Source: Candidatus Eiseniibacteriota bacterium
GTDB taxonomy: Bacteria > Eisenbacteria > RBG-16-71-46 > CAVPCR01
Assembly (NCBI GenBank): GCA_963823555.1
Contig: CAWGMA010000004.1
Span: 384,001-448,000 of the forward strand
DNA length: 64,000 bases
Reading direction: 5' to 3'
A model generated the notes under the pieces. The model was not told the origin of the DNA and searched no databases. It saw only the letters and a list, made by a program, of their open reading frames with translations. Positions 9,762-20,800 of the stretch are shown in pieces (within the stretch, counting starts at the first letter, position 1; the number at the start of each line of letters is the position of its first letter). Position numbers and translations under genes: made by a program.

Positions 9762-10775
9762 CTACTTGAGCTTCTTCGCCATCATCGCCGCCAGGTCGGC
9801 CGTGCGGCACGCATACCCCCATTCGTTGTCGTACCAGGCGACCAGCTTGACCATGTTGCCGAGGACGAGGGTGTCGGGGGCGCTGAAGGTCGACGATGCC
9901 GTGCTGCCGCGGAGGTCCGTCGAGACCAGGGGCTCATCGGTGACTTCGAGGATTCCCTTCATCGGGCCGTTGGCATACTCGAGCATCGCCTGCCGGATCT
10001 CGTCCGCGGTCGCCTCGCGCCTCAGGATGGCGGTGAAGTCGATGACCGACACCGTCGGCGTGGGAATCCGGAAGGCCATCCCCCCGAACTTGCCCTTCAG
10101 CTCCGGGATGACGAGGCCGACGGCCTTGGCGGCGCCGGTCGAGGACGGGACGATGTTCTGCGCCGCGGCGCGCGCGTCGCGCAGATCCTTGGCGCCGACG
10201 TCTTGCAGCTTCTGCGAGTTGGTGTAGGCATGGACGGTGGTGAGGAGCCCCTTCTCGATGCCAAAGCGGTCGTTCAGGACCTTGGCGACCGGAGCCAGGC
10301 CATTGGTGGTGCACGAGGCGTTCGACACCACATGGTGCTTGGCCGAGTCGTACATCTGATCATTGACGCCGAGGACCATCGTCAGATCCTCGTTCTTCCC
10401 CGGGGCGGAGATGATGACCTTCCTGGCGCCGCCGGAATCGATGTGGGCCCGGGACTTGGTGGCATCGGTGAACAGGCCCGTGGACTCGATGACGACCTCG
10501 ACTCCCATCTCCTTCCACTTGATGGCACCCGGATCGCGCTCCGCGGTCACCGTGATCGTCTTGCCGTCGATGACGATGTGGCCGTCCTTGGTCCCCACCT
10601 TTCCGGCGAAGGGGCCGTAGGTCGAGTCGTACTTGAACAGGTGGGCATTGGTCGCGGCATCGAAGAGATCGTTGACCGCAACGACCTGGAGCTCCTTGGG
10701 ATAGCGCTCGCTCATGGCGCGGAGCACGAGGCGTCCGATGCGACCGAACCCGTTGATCCCGATCTTGGCGGGCAT
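9762..10775 (-). CDS. gap: Type I glyceraldehyde-3-phosphate dehydrogenase
   Basis: [10 protein letters not shown], catalytic ASCTTN and [16 protein letters not shown] upstream. Confidence 0.97.
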   Translation of the reverse strand: MPAKIGINGFGRIGRLVLRAMSERYPKELQVVAVNDLFDAATNAHLFKYDSTYGPFAGKVGTKDGHIVIDGKTITVTAERDPGAIKWKEMGVEVVIESTGLFTDATKSRAHIDSGGARKVIISAPGKNEDLTMVLGVNDQMYDSAKHHVVSNASCTTNGLAPVAKVLNDRFGIEKGLLTTVHAYTNSQKLQDVGAKDLRDARAAAQNIVPSSTGAAKAVGLVIPELKGKFGGMAFRIPTPTVSVIDFTAILRREATADEIRQAMLEYANGPMKGILEVTDEPLVSTDLRGSTASSTFSAPDTLVLGNMVKLVAWYDNEWGYACRTADLAAMMAKKLK

Positions 10776-11042
10776 GGGCCTAACCTCCTGTTTGGCGGCT
10801 TGTGTCCATTGAGACGCTGTGGCTGGGCGGATCCTTCCCTGGCGGCCCCGCTCGAGCCCCGCCGGCGAGCGGGGCGCACGACTTCACAAGGGGCGGCCAG
10901 TATAGGTCAAGCGGCCCGGATTCCCAATCTGCTAAGATCGACAAGTCTCGGTCCCTCTTCCCGGCTTGGCGGAGACACGCCGCGGTGCTCCCCTCCTCCC
11001 AGGAAGTCCCGGTTCGCAAACAGCAGCACATCCGGAGGTCTC

Positions 11043-11474
11043 ATGTTCAGGGCGATTCGCCATGCGGTCGTTTTGCTGGGCATTGTCGGTCTCGTCGGTT
11101 CCCTCGCCGCCCTCGCGGCGGTGGATTCCCCCTCTGATCCCGAACCCGCTACAAAGGTCGAGCATTCGACCATCGTCCCGGCTCCCGCCGGACTGACGGC
11201 GCAGGAAGTCCTCAAGACGCAGTCGGTGCCTCAAGCCCCCGCTGCCGCCGCGCAGGGAGTGCCTGCCCCGGGCCTGGTGCTAGGGACGAAAGAACGCGAC
11301 GTGTCGACCATCGAGATCCGCACCGCCGTCGGTCCGAGCCCCGAGGATCTGGCAAAGCTCGCCGCGGTCCGTTCCGCGGCTCCCCCAGACGCCCCGGTCG
11401 CATCCCCGTCTACCGCAGCCGCTCCGACCCCGACGGCTCCGGCCGCCCCAACCGACAACGCCAGCGGCGAATAG
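11043..11474 (+). CDS. Small secreted Ala/Pro-rich hypothetical protein
   Basis: ATG after GGAGG, N-terminal signal-peptide-like stretch, stop 14 bp before the next gene. Confidence 0.6.
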   Translation: MFRAIRHAVVLLGIVGLVGSLAALAAVDSPSDPEPATKVEHSTIVPAPAGLTAQEVLKTQSVPQAPAAAAQGVPAPGLVLGTKERDVSTIEIRTAVGPSPEDLAKLAAVRSAAPPDAPVASPSTAAAPTPTAPAAPTDNASGE

Positions 11475-11488
11475 GAGAGGAACACACC

Positions 11489-14400
11489 ATGCGTGCCATC
11501 TCCCATGTTGTAGCGCGCCTTGGCGCCGGTGTCGTCGTGTCTCTCCTCGCCCTGGTTCTGATCCTCGCCGCTCCCGCGGCGACCGCCGGCATCATCGATC
11601 CTGCGTTCGATGATCATCTCGATACCTTGCCTGCGGATGCCAAGGTCTCGGTTCTCATCTACCTTGCCGATCAGGTTCCGATCGCCAGTCTCGATGCGGA
11701 GCTCAGGGCCGAAGAGGCCACACTCCCCGAGCGGCACGAACGCGTGATCACCGATCTCCGCGCCGTGGCCGAGGCGACGCAGGGCCCGCTCCGCGCCGAG
11801 CTCGAGGCTCGAAGGAGCACGGCCGCGGTCACCGACTACACGCCCTACTGGATCGCCAACCTGATCGTGGCCGAGATGACGGTCGCTGCGGTGCGCGAGA
11901 TCGCCGCCCGTCCCGACGTCGGCATCGTCTACGCCAACTTCACCGCCTCGCTCATCGAGCCGGTGGGCGGCACTCCCAAGGCCGACGATCCGGCCGGTGC
12001 CGGGCCTCAGGGCATCGGTGTCACGCCGGGTCTGCGTGCCATCAACGCGACACGGGTGTGGTACGAGCTCGGCATCAACGGCAGCGGCCGCCTCGTCGGC
12101 GGGCTGGACACGGGCGTCATGGGCACGCACGTCGCCCTTGCCTCGCGCTGGCGCGGCAATCAGGGTGGTATCCCCTGGCAGTGGGCCTGGCGGGACCTGA
12201 TCGGGACCAACACCACGACCCCCATCGACACCAACGGCCACGGCACCCACACCATGGGCACCATGGTCGGGCTCGGCGCCACCACCCAGGACACGGTCGG
12301 CGTGGCCTGGGCCGCGCAGTGGATCGCCTGCAACGCCATCAACCAGGGCGTCGGCAGCGCGTTCGACAATGACATCATCAATGCCTTCCAGTGGTTCGCC
12401 GATCCTGACGGCAATCCGCAGACCTCGAACGACGTGCCCGATGTGTTGCAGAACTCGTGGCGGATCAACGAGAACTTCCCGGGCGGCTACACGGACTGCG
12501 ATCCCCGCTGGTGGGCGGTGATGGATGCCCTCGAGGCCGCCGGCTGCGCGGTCGTGTTCTCGGCGGGCAACGAGGGGCCCTCCGCCCAGACCATCGGTTC
12601 ACCGCCCGATCGCATCACGACCCTCACCAACGCCTATGCGGTGGGTGCCGTCGACGCCACCAGCTTCCCGTTCCCGTATCCGATCGCGAGCTTCTCGAGC
12701 CGCGGACCCTCGGGATGCGCGGGGTCGACGCAGCAGCGCATCAAGCCGGAGGTGGTGGCTCCTGGCGTCACGGTCTACTCATCCACCAACAACGGCGGGT
12801 ACCAGCAGAGCGGCTGGAACGGCACATCGATGGCCGGCCCGCACGTGTCGGGCGTGATGGCCCTGATGCGGCAAGCCAATCCGAACATCGACGTCGTGAC
12901 CATGAAGAACATCGTCATGAGCACGGCGCGCGATCTCGGCACGGCGGGCGAGGACAACACGTACGGTTGGGGCGTCATCGACGCCTACGCCGCGGTGCGC
13001 CAGGCGCTCCTGTGTGGCACTCCGGTCGAGCTCGCCTCCGGGGTCAGCGCGCCGACGACCGCGCCGGCCAGCTACCACCGGTTCAACCAGCCGACGATCT
13101 ACTGGTCGGCGGCGGCGGTTCGCGGGGACGATCCGGCGGCTGACTACGACATCGGTGTCTACCAGAACGGGACCGGCGGCCCGGGCGATTTCTGCTTCAG
13201 CGGTCCCCTCGCCTCCTCGACCTACGTGGCCGGGACCACTGATTTCGTGATCGGGGACTTCAACCACAACCCGCTCGGCAACTACTACGTGCACTCCTAC
13301 CGTTACTCGGGGACCGGCAATGCCCGCACCGAGTGGGACAACGGCGCGGATCAGCTCGTCGTGAACGGGGCCTGGCCCCAGCGGACGACTGACGCCTCGG
13401 ATCTCATCGAGGTCTGGGATGTGTTCCTCGAGGCGGGGAAGACCTACTCCGTCTACTTCAACGGCTACGGTGCCAGCATGAAGCTGCTTCTGTACCGCAA
13501 TTCGGGGAGCACCTATTGGGTCTCGCGCAGCCTGCGGGAACTGGAGATGTCCTTCGGGGTGTCCACCTACACCCCGCCGGTGAGCGACTGGCACGGTTTG
13601 GTCGTGGCGAACGACGACGGCGGGACCGGCGCCTACGAGCTCGGTATCGGCGCCTGTGAAGCGCCGGTGGCCCTCGCGAGCGGGGTCAGCGTGCCGACAC
13701 CGCAGATCGCCGGTCTCTACAGCTTCAATCAGCAGGCCGGTTACTGGTCGGCGGTCGGTGTGCGGTCGGTGGGTTCCGACTGGGATCTCGGCGTCTATCA
13801 GAATCCGTCGGGCGGGAACTGGCCGGTCTGTCTCAGCGGCACTCTCGGGACGTCGACTCGGGTCGCGGGCGTCGACTTCGTGATCGGCGACTTCAACTCC
13901 GGGCAGAATCCGCTCGGCACCTACTATGCGAGCGCATATCGCTTCTCGGGGCCCGATGATGCGGTCACGGAGTGGGACGACGGCGTCGATGCGATCGGGG
14001 TGGGGAATCCTCCTCTCATCCGTACCACCGGTCCCGGCGATGTGCTCGAGGTCTGGGACGTGTTCCTCCTGCAGGGAACCGACTACGACTTCTTCTTCGA
14101 ACGGATCGGCGGCGGCGATACCAAGCTCCTCCTGTTCCAGAGCTTTGGCGGTGCCTACTGGACCGGACGCAACAGCGCTGTGTTCGAGACCGCGAGCCTG
14201 CACACGCCGTTCACCGCACCGGCGACCGACTGGTACGGGGTCGTCGTCGTCAACGACGATGGACAGAACGGGCAGTACCGCCTCGGCATCTCGCCGGCCT
14301 CGGCGGCGGTGGCCGACGGTGGCGCCGGCGCTCCGCCGGCGGCCACACGGCTGCGTCCCGTGGTGCCCAACCCGAGCTCGGGCGAGGTCCAGATCGGCTT

Positions 14401-14620
14401 CGATCTGGCGGAACCGGGTGAGGTGGATCTGACGATTCACGACGTCACCGGCCGCGCCGTGGTCTCACTGCCGGCGCGCACCTGGGGGGCGGGGAGCTGG
14501 GAGATGCGCTGGAACGGCAAGGACGCCGGCGGTCGCCCGTTGCCGGCCGGCGTCTACTGGGTGCGGATGGCGATTGGCTCCCGCGAGGTCGGGCAGTCGA
14601 AGCTCCTCCTCGTGCGCTGA
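11489..14620 (+). CDS. S8 (subtilisin-like) serine peptidase with propeptide, duplicated accessory module and FlgD-like C-terminal domain
   Basis: Signal peptide. Catalytic triad LDTG / HGTHTMG / GTSMAGPH. Tail PNPS...WNGKDAGG...GVYW. Confidence 0.9.
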   Translation: MRAISHVVARLGAGVVVSLLALVLILAAPAATAGIIDPAFDDHLDTLPADAKVSVLIYLADQVPIASLDAELRAEEATLPERHERVITDLRAVAEATQGPLRAELEARRSTAAVTDYTPYWIANLIVAEMTVAAVREIAARPDVGIVYANFTASLIEPVGGTPKADDPAGAGPQGIGVTPGLRAINATRVWYELGINGSGRLVGGLDTGVMGTHVALASRWRGNQGGIPWQWAWRDLIGTNTTTPIDTNGHGTHTMGTMVGLGATTQDTVGVAWAAQWIACNAINQGVGSAFDNDIINAFQWFADPDGNPQTSNDVPDVLQNSWRINENFPGGYTDCDPRWWAVMDALEAAGCAVVFSAGNEGPSAQTIGSPPDRITTLTNAYAVGAVDATSFPFPYPIASFSSRGPSGCAGSTQQRIKPEVVAPGVTVYSSTNNGGYQQSGWNGTSMAGPHVSGVMALMRQANPNIDVVTMKNIVMSTARDLGTAGEDNTYGWGVIDAYAAVRQALLCGTPVELASGVSAPTTAPASYHRFNQPTIYWSAAAVRGDDPAADYDIGVYQNGTGGPGDFCFSGPLASSTYVAGTTDFVIGDFNHNPLGNYYVHSYRYSGTGNARTEWDNGADQLVVNGAWPQRTTDASDLIEVWDVFLEAGKTYSVYFNGYGASMKLLLYRNSGSTYWVSRSLRELEMSFGVSTYTPPVSDWHGLVVANDDGGTGAYELGIGACEAPVALASGVSVPTPQIAGLYSFNQQAGYWSAVGVRSVGSDWDLGVYQNPSGGNWPVCLSGTLGTSTRVAGVDFVIGDFNSGQNPLGTYYASAYRFSGPDDAVTEWDDGVDAIGVGNPPLIRTTGPGDVLEVWDVFLLQGTDYDFFFERIGGGDTKLLLFQSFGGAYWTGRNSAVFETASLHTPFTAPATDWYGVVVVNDDGQNGQYRLGISPASAAVADGGAGAPPAATRLRPVVPNPSSGEVQIGFDLAEPGEVDLTIHDVTGRAVVSLPARTWGAGSWEMRWNGKDAGGRPLPAGVYWVRMAIGSREVGQSKLLLVR

Positions 14621-14661
14621 TCGGACGCGAGGTCCCGATGGTCGCCGTCGGGGCGTGAATG

Positions 14662-14696
14662 AGGGCCGGTGTCCGCCTGGACGCCGGCCCTTTTTT
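14662..14696 (+). terminator. Rho-independent terminator
   Basis: GGGCCGGTGTCC-GCCT-GGACGCCGGCCC stem-loop followed by TTTTTT. Confidence 0.85.
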
Positions 14697-14814
14697 CTCT
14701 CTCATGCGGGTGGCGCAATCCGCGGCTCGATCGCTATACTACGCCGGCCACGGAGCCGACCGGTTTCCGGCCAGTGGCCGCCGCCGAGCGCGGCCCGAGC
14801 GGAAGGGAGGGAGG

Positions 14815-15599
14815 TTGGAGTACTTCGATGCGTCACGTTTGAACGCACTTCTGCTGTTCATCTTCTTCTGCGTGGTCGTGACTCGGCTTCATCCTCAAGG
14901 CCCATGGCGGCCAGCACCTCTTCATCCGCCGCATCGCCGGCCTCAACGCCATCGACGAGGCGGTCGGCCGCGCCACCGAGCTGGGCAAGAAGGTCCTCTA
15001 CGTCCCCGGCATCATGTCGATCGACGAGAACCAGACGATCGCCTCCCTCGCGGTTCTCACCCACGTCGCCCGCATGACGGCCCGCTACGGCACCGATCTC
15101 GACGTTCCCAACAAGGACCCGCTCACCTTCGCCTCCGCCCGCGAGACGGTCAAGGAGGCCTACATGCAGGAGGGGCGGCCCGACCTCTACAACGAGTCGA
15201 TGGTCCACTACGTGACCTACGACCAGTTCGCCTACACCGCCGCGGTCTCGGGCATCATGGTGCGCGAGAACGCCCGGCGGCGAACTTCCTGATCGGCTCC
15301 TTCTACGCCGAATCGCTGCTCCTGGCCGAGACCGGACAGGCGAGCGGCGCCATCCAGATCGCCGGCACCGCCGAGGTCGCGCAGCTCCCGTTCTTCGTCT
15401 GCGCCTGCGACTACACGCTGATCGGCGAGGAGCTCTACGCCGCCGGCGCCTACCTCTCGCGGCGAGCCGGCCATGCTCGGCAGCATCAAGGGGCAGGACT
15501 GGACCAAGGCGGCGGTCGGCGCCGCCATCATCCTCGGTGCCATCCTCCAGACCCTTCACGTGTGGCCTTCTTTCCAGCGCTTCTTCTCCGTTTCAATAG
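14815..15599 (+). CDS. DUF6754-like membrane-anchored protein (frameshifted in this sequence)
   Basis: TTG start after a GGAGG-rich leader. Reconstructed IRRIAGLNAIDEAVGRATELGK...PAANFLIGSFYAESLLLAETG...QLPFFVCACDYTLIGEELYAAGAYLS across several frames. Confidence 0.7.
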
Positions 15600-15612
15600 G
15601 CGGAGGACACCG

Positions 15613-16291
15613 ATGTTCTTGCGACTGCAGGCTCCCGCTGGTCTTGACGTTCATCGCCGGCCTGATCCCGATCGTCGCCTTCTTCTTCAAGGACGAGGCG
15701 ACCGTGATCAAGGGGCCCGCCAACTGGCTCGAGCAGGACATGGTGATCATCGCCGGGTTCGCCCTCTTGCTCGGCGTCGTCAACGTCGATCCAGAGCAAC
15801 TCGCGAAAGATCGAGCGGCGGGAGAAGGGATGGCTCTACGCCGCCGTGCTGCTGGCCGGGATGGTCGATCATCGGCTTCGCCGGGATCCTGGGCGCCTTC
15901 CGCGCCTTCGGCCTGCCCGGGGATCGGCAACTACCCGGACGGCACGCCGACCCCCTTCGGCTGGGCGGCGAACTACCTCTTCACGCCGCTCCAGGCGACC
16001 ATGTTCAGCCTCCTCGCCTTCTACATTGCCTCCGCCGCCTTCCGCGCCTTCCGCGTGCGCAACGTCGAGGCGACGATTCTCCTGATCGCGGCGGTGGTCG
16101 TCATGCTGGGCCGGATTCCGCTCGGGGAGCGGCGCTCGTTCGGCCGCTTCACCGAATGGCTGATGCAGGTGCCGAACGGGGCGGCGCAGCGCGGCATCAT
16201 CATCGGGGCGGCGCTGGGGGCGGCCTCGCTCTCGCTCCGTGTCATCCTCGGGATCGAGCGCTCCTACCTGGGCCTCGAGAAGAGCGAGTAG
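15613..16291 (+). CDS. Conserved polytopic membrane protein of the DUF6754 cluster (frameshifted)
   Basis: GGAGG then ATG. Hydrophobic segments and PLQATMFSLLAFYIASAAFRAFRVRN...SLRVILGIERSYLG. Confidence 0.65.
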
Positions 16292-16300
16292 GGGGCGACC

Positions 16301-17197
16301 ATGGCAAACGCATGGTCTACGCGACTTGCAGACGATCGATCGGCGCTGGATCTTCCTCCTGATCGCCCTCGGCACGCTGGTCCCGATCGTCTGTCCCATC
16401 GGCTTCCCGGTGCGCGATCACGCCTCCGGTCAAGAGCGTCTACGACAAGATCGAGACCCTGGGGCCCGACGACGTGGTCATCCTCTCCTACGACTACGGC
16501 CCGACCACGGCTCCGGAGAACGATCCCGATGGCCGACGGCATCCTCCGCCACTGCTTCCTGCGCCGGGTGAAGGTGATCGCACTCGCCCTCTACCCGCTC
16601 GGCGGTCTCACCACGCTCAACAACTCGCTCAACCGGGTCCTCGGCGAGTTTCCCGGATCTCGAGTACGGGATCGACTACGTCAATCTCGGCTACAAGGAC
16701 GGCGGCCAGGCCTCGATGAAGCTCCTGGCCGAGAACTTCTCCGACGCCTTCCCCGCCGATACCAACGGCCGGCCGCTCGCGGAGCTCCCGCTGATGCAAC
16801 GGATCGCGGGTGCGCAGGAGGCCAAGCTCGCCGTTTCGGTCGCAACCGGGATCATCGGCGAGTGGTGGGCCAACCTGATCAACGCCCAGTTCGGTCTGCC
16901 GGTGGCCGTGGGCTGCACGGCGGTCTCGGCGCCCAAGTACTACGCCTATCTCGAGGCCGGTCAGATGATCGGTCTGATCGGCGGACTCAAGGGGGCCTCG
17001 GAGTACGAGAAGCTGCTCAAGGACAACTATCCACAGACGCGTGAGGCCTACGCCAACCCGTTGCTCCAGACGGCGAGCAAGGGGATGGACGCCCAGACCA
17101 TCGACCACGTGATCGTGATCGTGTTCATCGTGATCGGCAACATCGCTTACTTCTGGGACGCCGCGCCAGGTCGAGCGCCGGCGGAACCCGGGTGTAG
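16301..17197 (+). CDS. Conserved membrane-anchored protein of the DUF6754 cluster (frameshifted)
   Basis: Reconstructed IDRRWIFLL...SYDYGP...EYGIDYVNLGY...GCTAVSAP...GQMIGLIGGLKGASEYE across frames. Confidence 0.65.
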
Positions 17198-17211
17198 GGG
17201 AGGGGAAGTCG

Positions 17212-17876
17212 ATGCCAGCCTACCAACTGATCGGAACCTGGGTGGCGGCGCTCCTCACGCTCTGCCTGATGAGCTTCCTCTACCGGGACAATCCGATTCT
17301 TCCGCTTCGCGGAGGCTCTCTTCGCCGGGGTCTCGCTCGGCTACTACATCGGCATCACGCTCGACCAGACGCTGCGCCCGAACCTGGTCGAGCCCCTGAT
17401 GCAGCAGGGACTCACGCCCTCGAACTTCCATCTCCTCTTCGCCGGCCTGGTGGGGCTCAACCTCTACACGCGCTACATCCGCAAGATCGCCTGGTTCGCA
17501 CGATCGTCGCTGGCCATCTACGTCGGCTACTACGTCGGCGATCAACATGGTGCAGAAGCTCCAGGGCGAGGTGCTGCCCCAGAGCGCGGCCACCATGCTC
17601 GATCTCGCCGGGGGCGGCGCGGGAGGGCTCGCCGCCTTCAACAACATCGTGGTGTTCGTCGGCGTGCTCTCCGTTCTCGTCTACTTCTTCTTCTCGGTGG
17701 AACACAACGGGGGTGTGGGGAAGGTGAGCCGGCTCGGAATCTGGTTTCTCATGCTCGGATTCGGCGCCGCCTTCGGCTACACGGTCATGGGCCGCATCTC
17801 GCTCCTCATCGGGCGGTTCAACTTCCTCGTGATCGACTGGATCGGCGGGACGATGCGGGGACTCGGCGGAGGTTAG
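17212..17876 (+). CDS. Conserved polytopic membrane protein of the DUF6754 cluster (frameshifted)
   Basis: IGTWVAALLTLCLMSFLYRDNP...LVYFFFSVEH...LGIWFLMLGFGAAFGYTVMGRISLLIGR. RBS upstream. Confidence 0.65.
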
Positions 17877-17885
17877 GAGGGGGTC

Positions 17886-20800
17886 GTGAACGGAACGTCG
17901 CTGGGTCGGCGCTCGGCGGGGGCCGTGTGCATCCTGTTGCTGATGGCCTTTGCAGCTCAGGGCATCGTGCTTGCGGACGAGGGCTGGGTGCCACCGGAGG
18001 AGCCTGATACCAAGTCCATGGGCTTTCCGCGCCACTGGCGGCCGAGCGTGGGTGCCATGCTCGACTGGGAGCGGCGCGGCCCGGGGAGCGAGCTGGGCGG
18101 CGAGATCCATGGCGCCATCTACAAGGATCTGATCAATCCCGCCACCAACGTCGCCGGAATCACTGGCGAGGGCTATGCAACCTGGGTGGATGACGACACG
18201 GATGGCGGGCTGCGTCTCTTCCTCTCGAGCCCGGCGGCCATGTTCCATCTCGGGCTCGACTACTCGTTCGGCAACGATCAGGTCGACTTCGTCTTCTCCC
18301 TGACTCCCGCCTTCCGCCGCGGCGGGCTCTTCGGTCTGGGCGATCACCTCAGGATCGACTGGTATCCCGAGCGCGACCACTCCTTCATGTTCGGGTTCGG
18401 CATTCCGCTCGAGAAGAACATGGGGAAGACCCGCCCCAAGGCGAAGAAGGTCACGCTGCCAAAGAAGTCGGGAAGCCCCTCCGATGAGATCGAGCTAGCA
18501 GCGGATGTGCAGAACGCCCTCGAGAATCTGGACCATGCCGCGAGATGGGTGCAGGTCTACACCGCTCCCTTCCTCGATCTGGAAATGGGCACCGATGAGA
18601 AGCGCCTCGCCGCGATCCAGGAGCGCATCGACGCGGCCAAGGCCCACTACCATCAGCAGGGCGACCTCTACCCGGCGGGGCACACGGCGGCTGCCGAGCG
18701 CGCGGTCTACCACCAGGAGCTCGAACGAGCGTTCGCGCTCGCCGGCGCCGGTGATGCAGCGGCCCATGTTGCCGCGGAAGCGCGGGCGATCCTCCTCGAT
18801 CAAGTCTTCGTGCCCTACAACCGCCTCCTCGGTCAGCGGAAGGAGCGGGACTCGCTCCTCGGCTATGCGGCCGACGCCGAGCGGGATTTCGCTGCCTGGC
18901 TCGAGACGACGCCGGAGATCGCTGCCAACAAGCGTCCCGCGCTGGCGCAGGTCTTCCATCAGGTGGTGCGGATTCTCGATGACTGCCGGGAACTGACCCA
19001 CAAGCGCTGGGAGGACTCGCGCCTGGTGTGGATGTCGCTCGACCTCGTGCTCCAGCCCGAGGATCACGACAGCCAGGGCGAGCTCGATGCCCTGCTGGCC
19101 AAGGTGGTCGACGAGCCCTTCTCGGACGCCAACGACATCCTCTATCTCAAGAACGAGCTCTTCCAGATCGAGCTCGCCAAGGGGGTGCTCGCCGCTCGCG
19201 ACTATCACGTCCTCTGGATTCACGACTACCGCGGCCTCAATGCAATCAAGGAGCCGGATCGCGTCGCCTTCTTGCAGACCGTGCAGGTCTACCTGCGCGC
19301 GCTGACGGAGAGGGTCCGCGAGTTCGACCAGACCAAGCAGCTCGCGAGTTACTTCATCTTTCTCGACCAGATGTACTACGAGGCCAACCAGGGCCAGCTG
19401 TGGCTCGCGCTGCTGGCCGATCCGCTCCATCATGAGGTCGATCTGCCCGAGGGATACGAGGACTGGGAAGCGGAGATCGAGAGCGCCCAGGAGAGTCTCC
19501 GTGCCGCCGTCGACAGCTCGGCCGCGCTCAGCGCGGGACGGGAGCTCTACGGCGACGATTGGCTCCGCAATCGGGTCTCGGTCCACGTCAACATCACCAA
19601 TCCCGCCGACGTCTCCTTCCGCAGTGATGACCTCGCCAAGTACATCAACTTCGCGCCCGATCTCGTCATGCGGGATCACCGCAAGATCGCCTTCTACGAC
19701 ATCAGCGAGCTCGATCCGGGGCGCGGCGCGGCGATCTTCACCGGCGAGGGAGTGGGGGAACACTACGCCGGCCCCACCTGGGACGACCGGGCCATGCTCG
19801 TGCGCGGCCCGGCGATCCTGGGCCTCAAGGAGGCGGCGCGGGATCTCCTTCGGTCTCAGGGATTCAAGGCGGAGGAGATCCCGGCCCCGTTCCGGGCGCA
19901 GGCCTTGCCCGATGACTACGACCTCAAGCTCGTCGCCTTGCGCGAGAAGGGCTGGCGGGCGACCGCGCTCCAGGTGCACAACGTGACGGGCTTCGGGCCC
20001 AAGGCCGCCACCGTGGCCAAGGCGGCGCAGTACAACCTGATGCCGGCCGGATCCTTCCTCATGATCCCGGATTCGCTGTGGAACTCGACGCTGTGGGGTT
20101 CGATGCTCTGCGGCGCCGCGCTTCGTGGCTGCCAGGTCGCGGTCGTCTGTCCGTCCCTCACCAACGCGCCGAGCGACGGTCTGCCGCAGATGTCGCGCAC
20201 GACCGAGCTGTATACACGATTCCTTCTGATCAACCGCGAGTTCGGCGACGAGCTCAGGGCCGCCGGCGGCTCGCTGCACACAGGCATCTACGATCACGAC
20301 GTGGCGTCCGGCGATCACGCTCGTAGCATGCGTATGCTGAGCGAGAACCTGGCCCGGAACGCCTTCCTGCGCCAGGCCTTCCCATTCGACGACGAGGTGA
20401 TCGCGGGCCTCGCCGCGATGGCGGACACGCTCGACGCAATGGGCTATTCAGAGCGACATCTGGCCGAGGATGTGCTCGAGCGCAAGCCCAAGCTCCATCT
20501 CAAGGTCCAGTTCATGGCCACGCGCGAAGTGATCCCCAATCTCGCTCCCCGCCCGGAGTGGCTGGACTTCCTCCGCGAATACACCATGGTCCACGTCCAG
20601 CAAGTTGAGGAGCGGGGCATGCCGGTCGACGCCCGCGGGATCCGGGAGGCGATCCGGGAGCCGGCGACGGCGCTCATCGAAAACTGGTGGCAGGGGTTGA
20701 CGAACGAGGAACGCGAGCACGCGGCCCTCTACATGACCATCGGCTCGCACAACCAGAACTACCGCTCCGTGATCATGGACGGCGAGGTGCTGGTGGCGGT

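Noticed and set aside
8073..17550. Programmed ribosomal frameshifting or phase variation in gdh and the DUF6754 cluster
   Set aside because: There are too many shifts per gene, with no slippery heptamers or long homopolymers at the sites.
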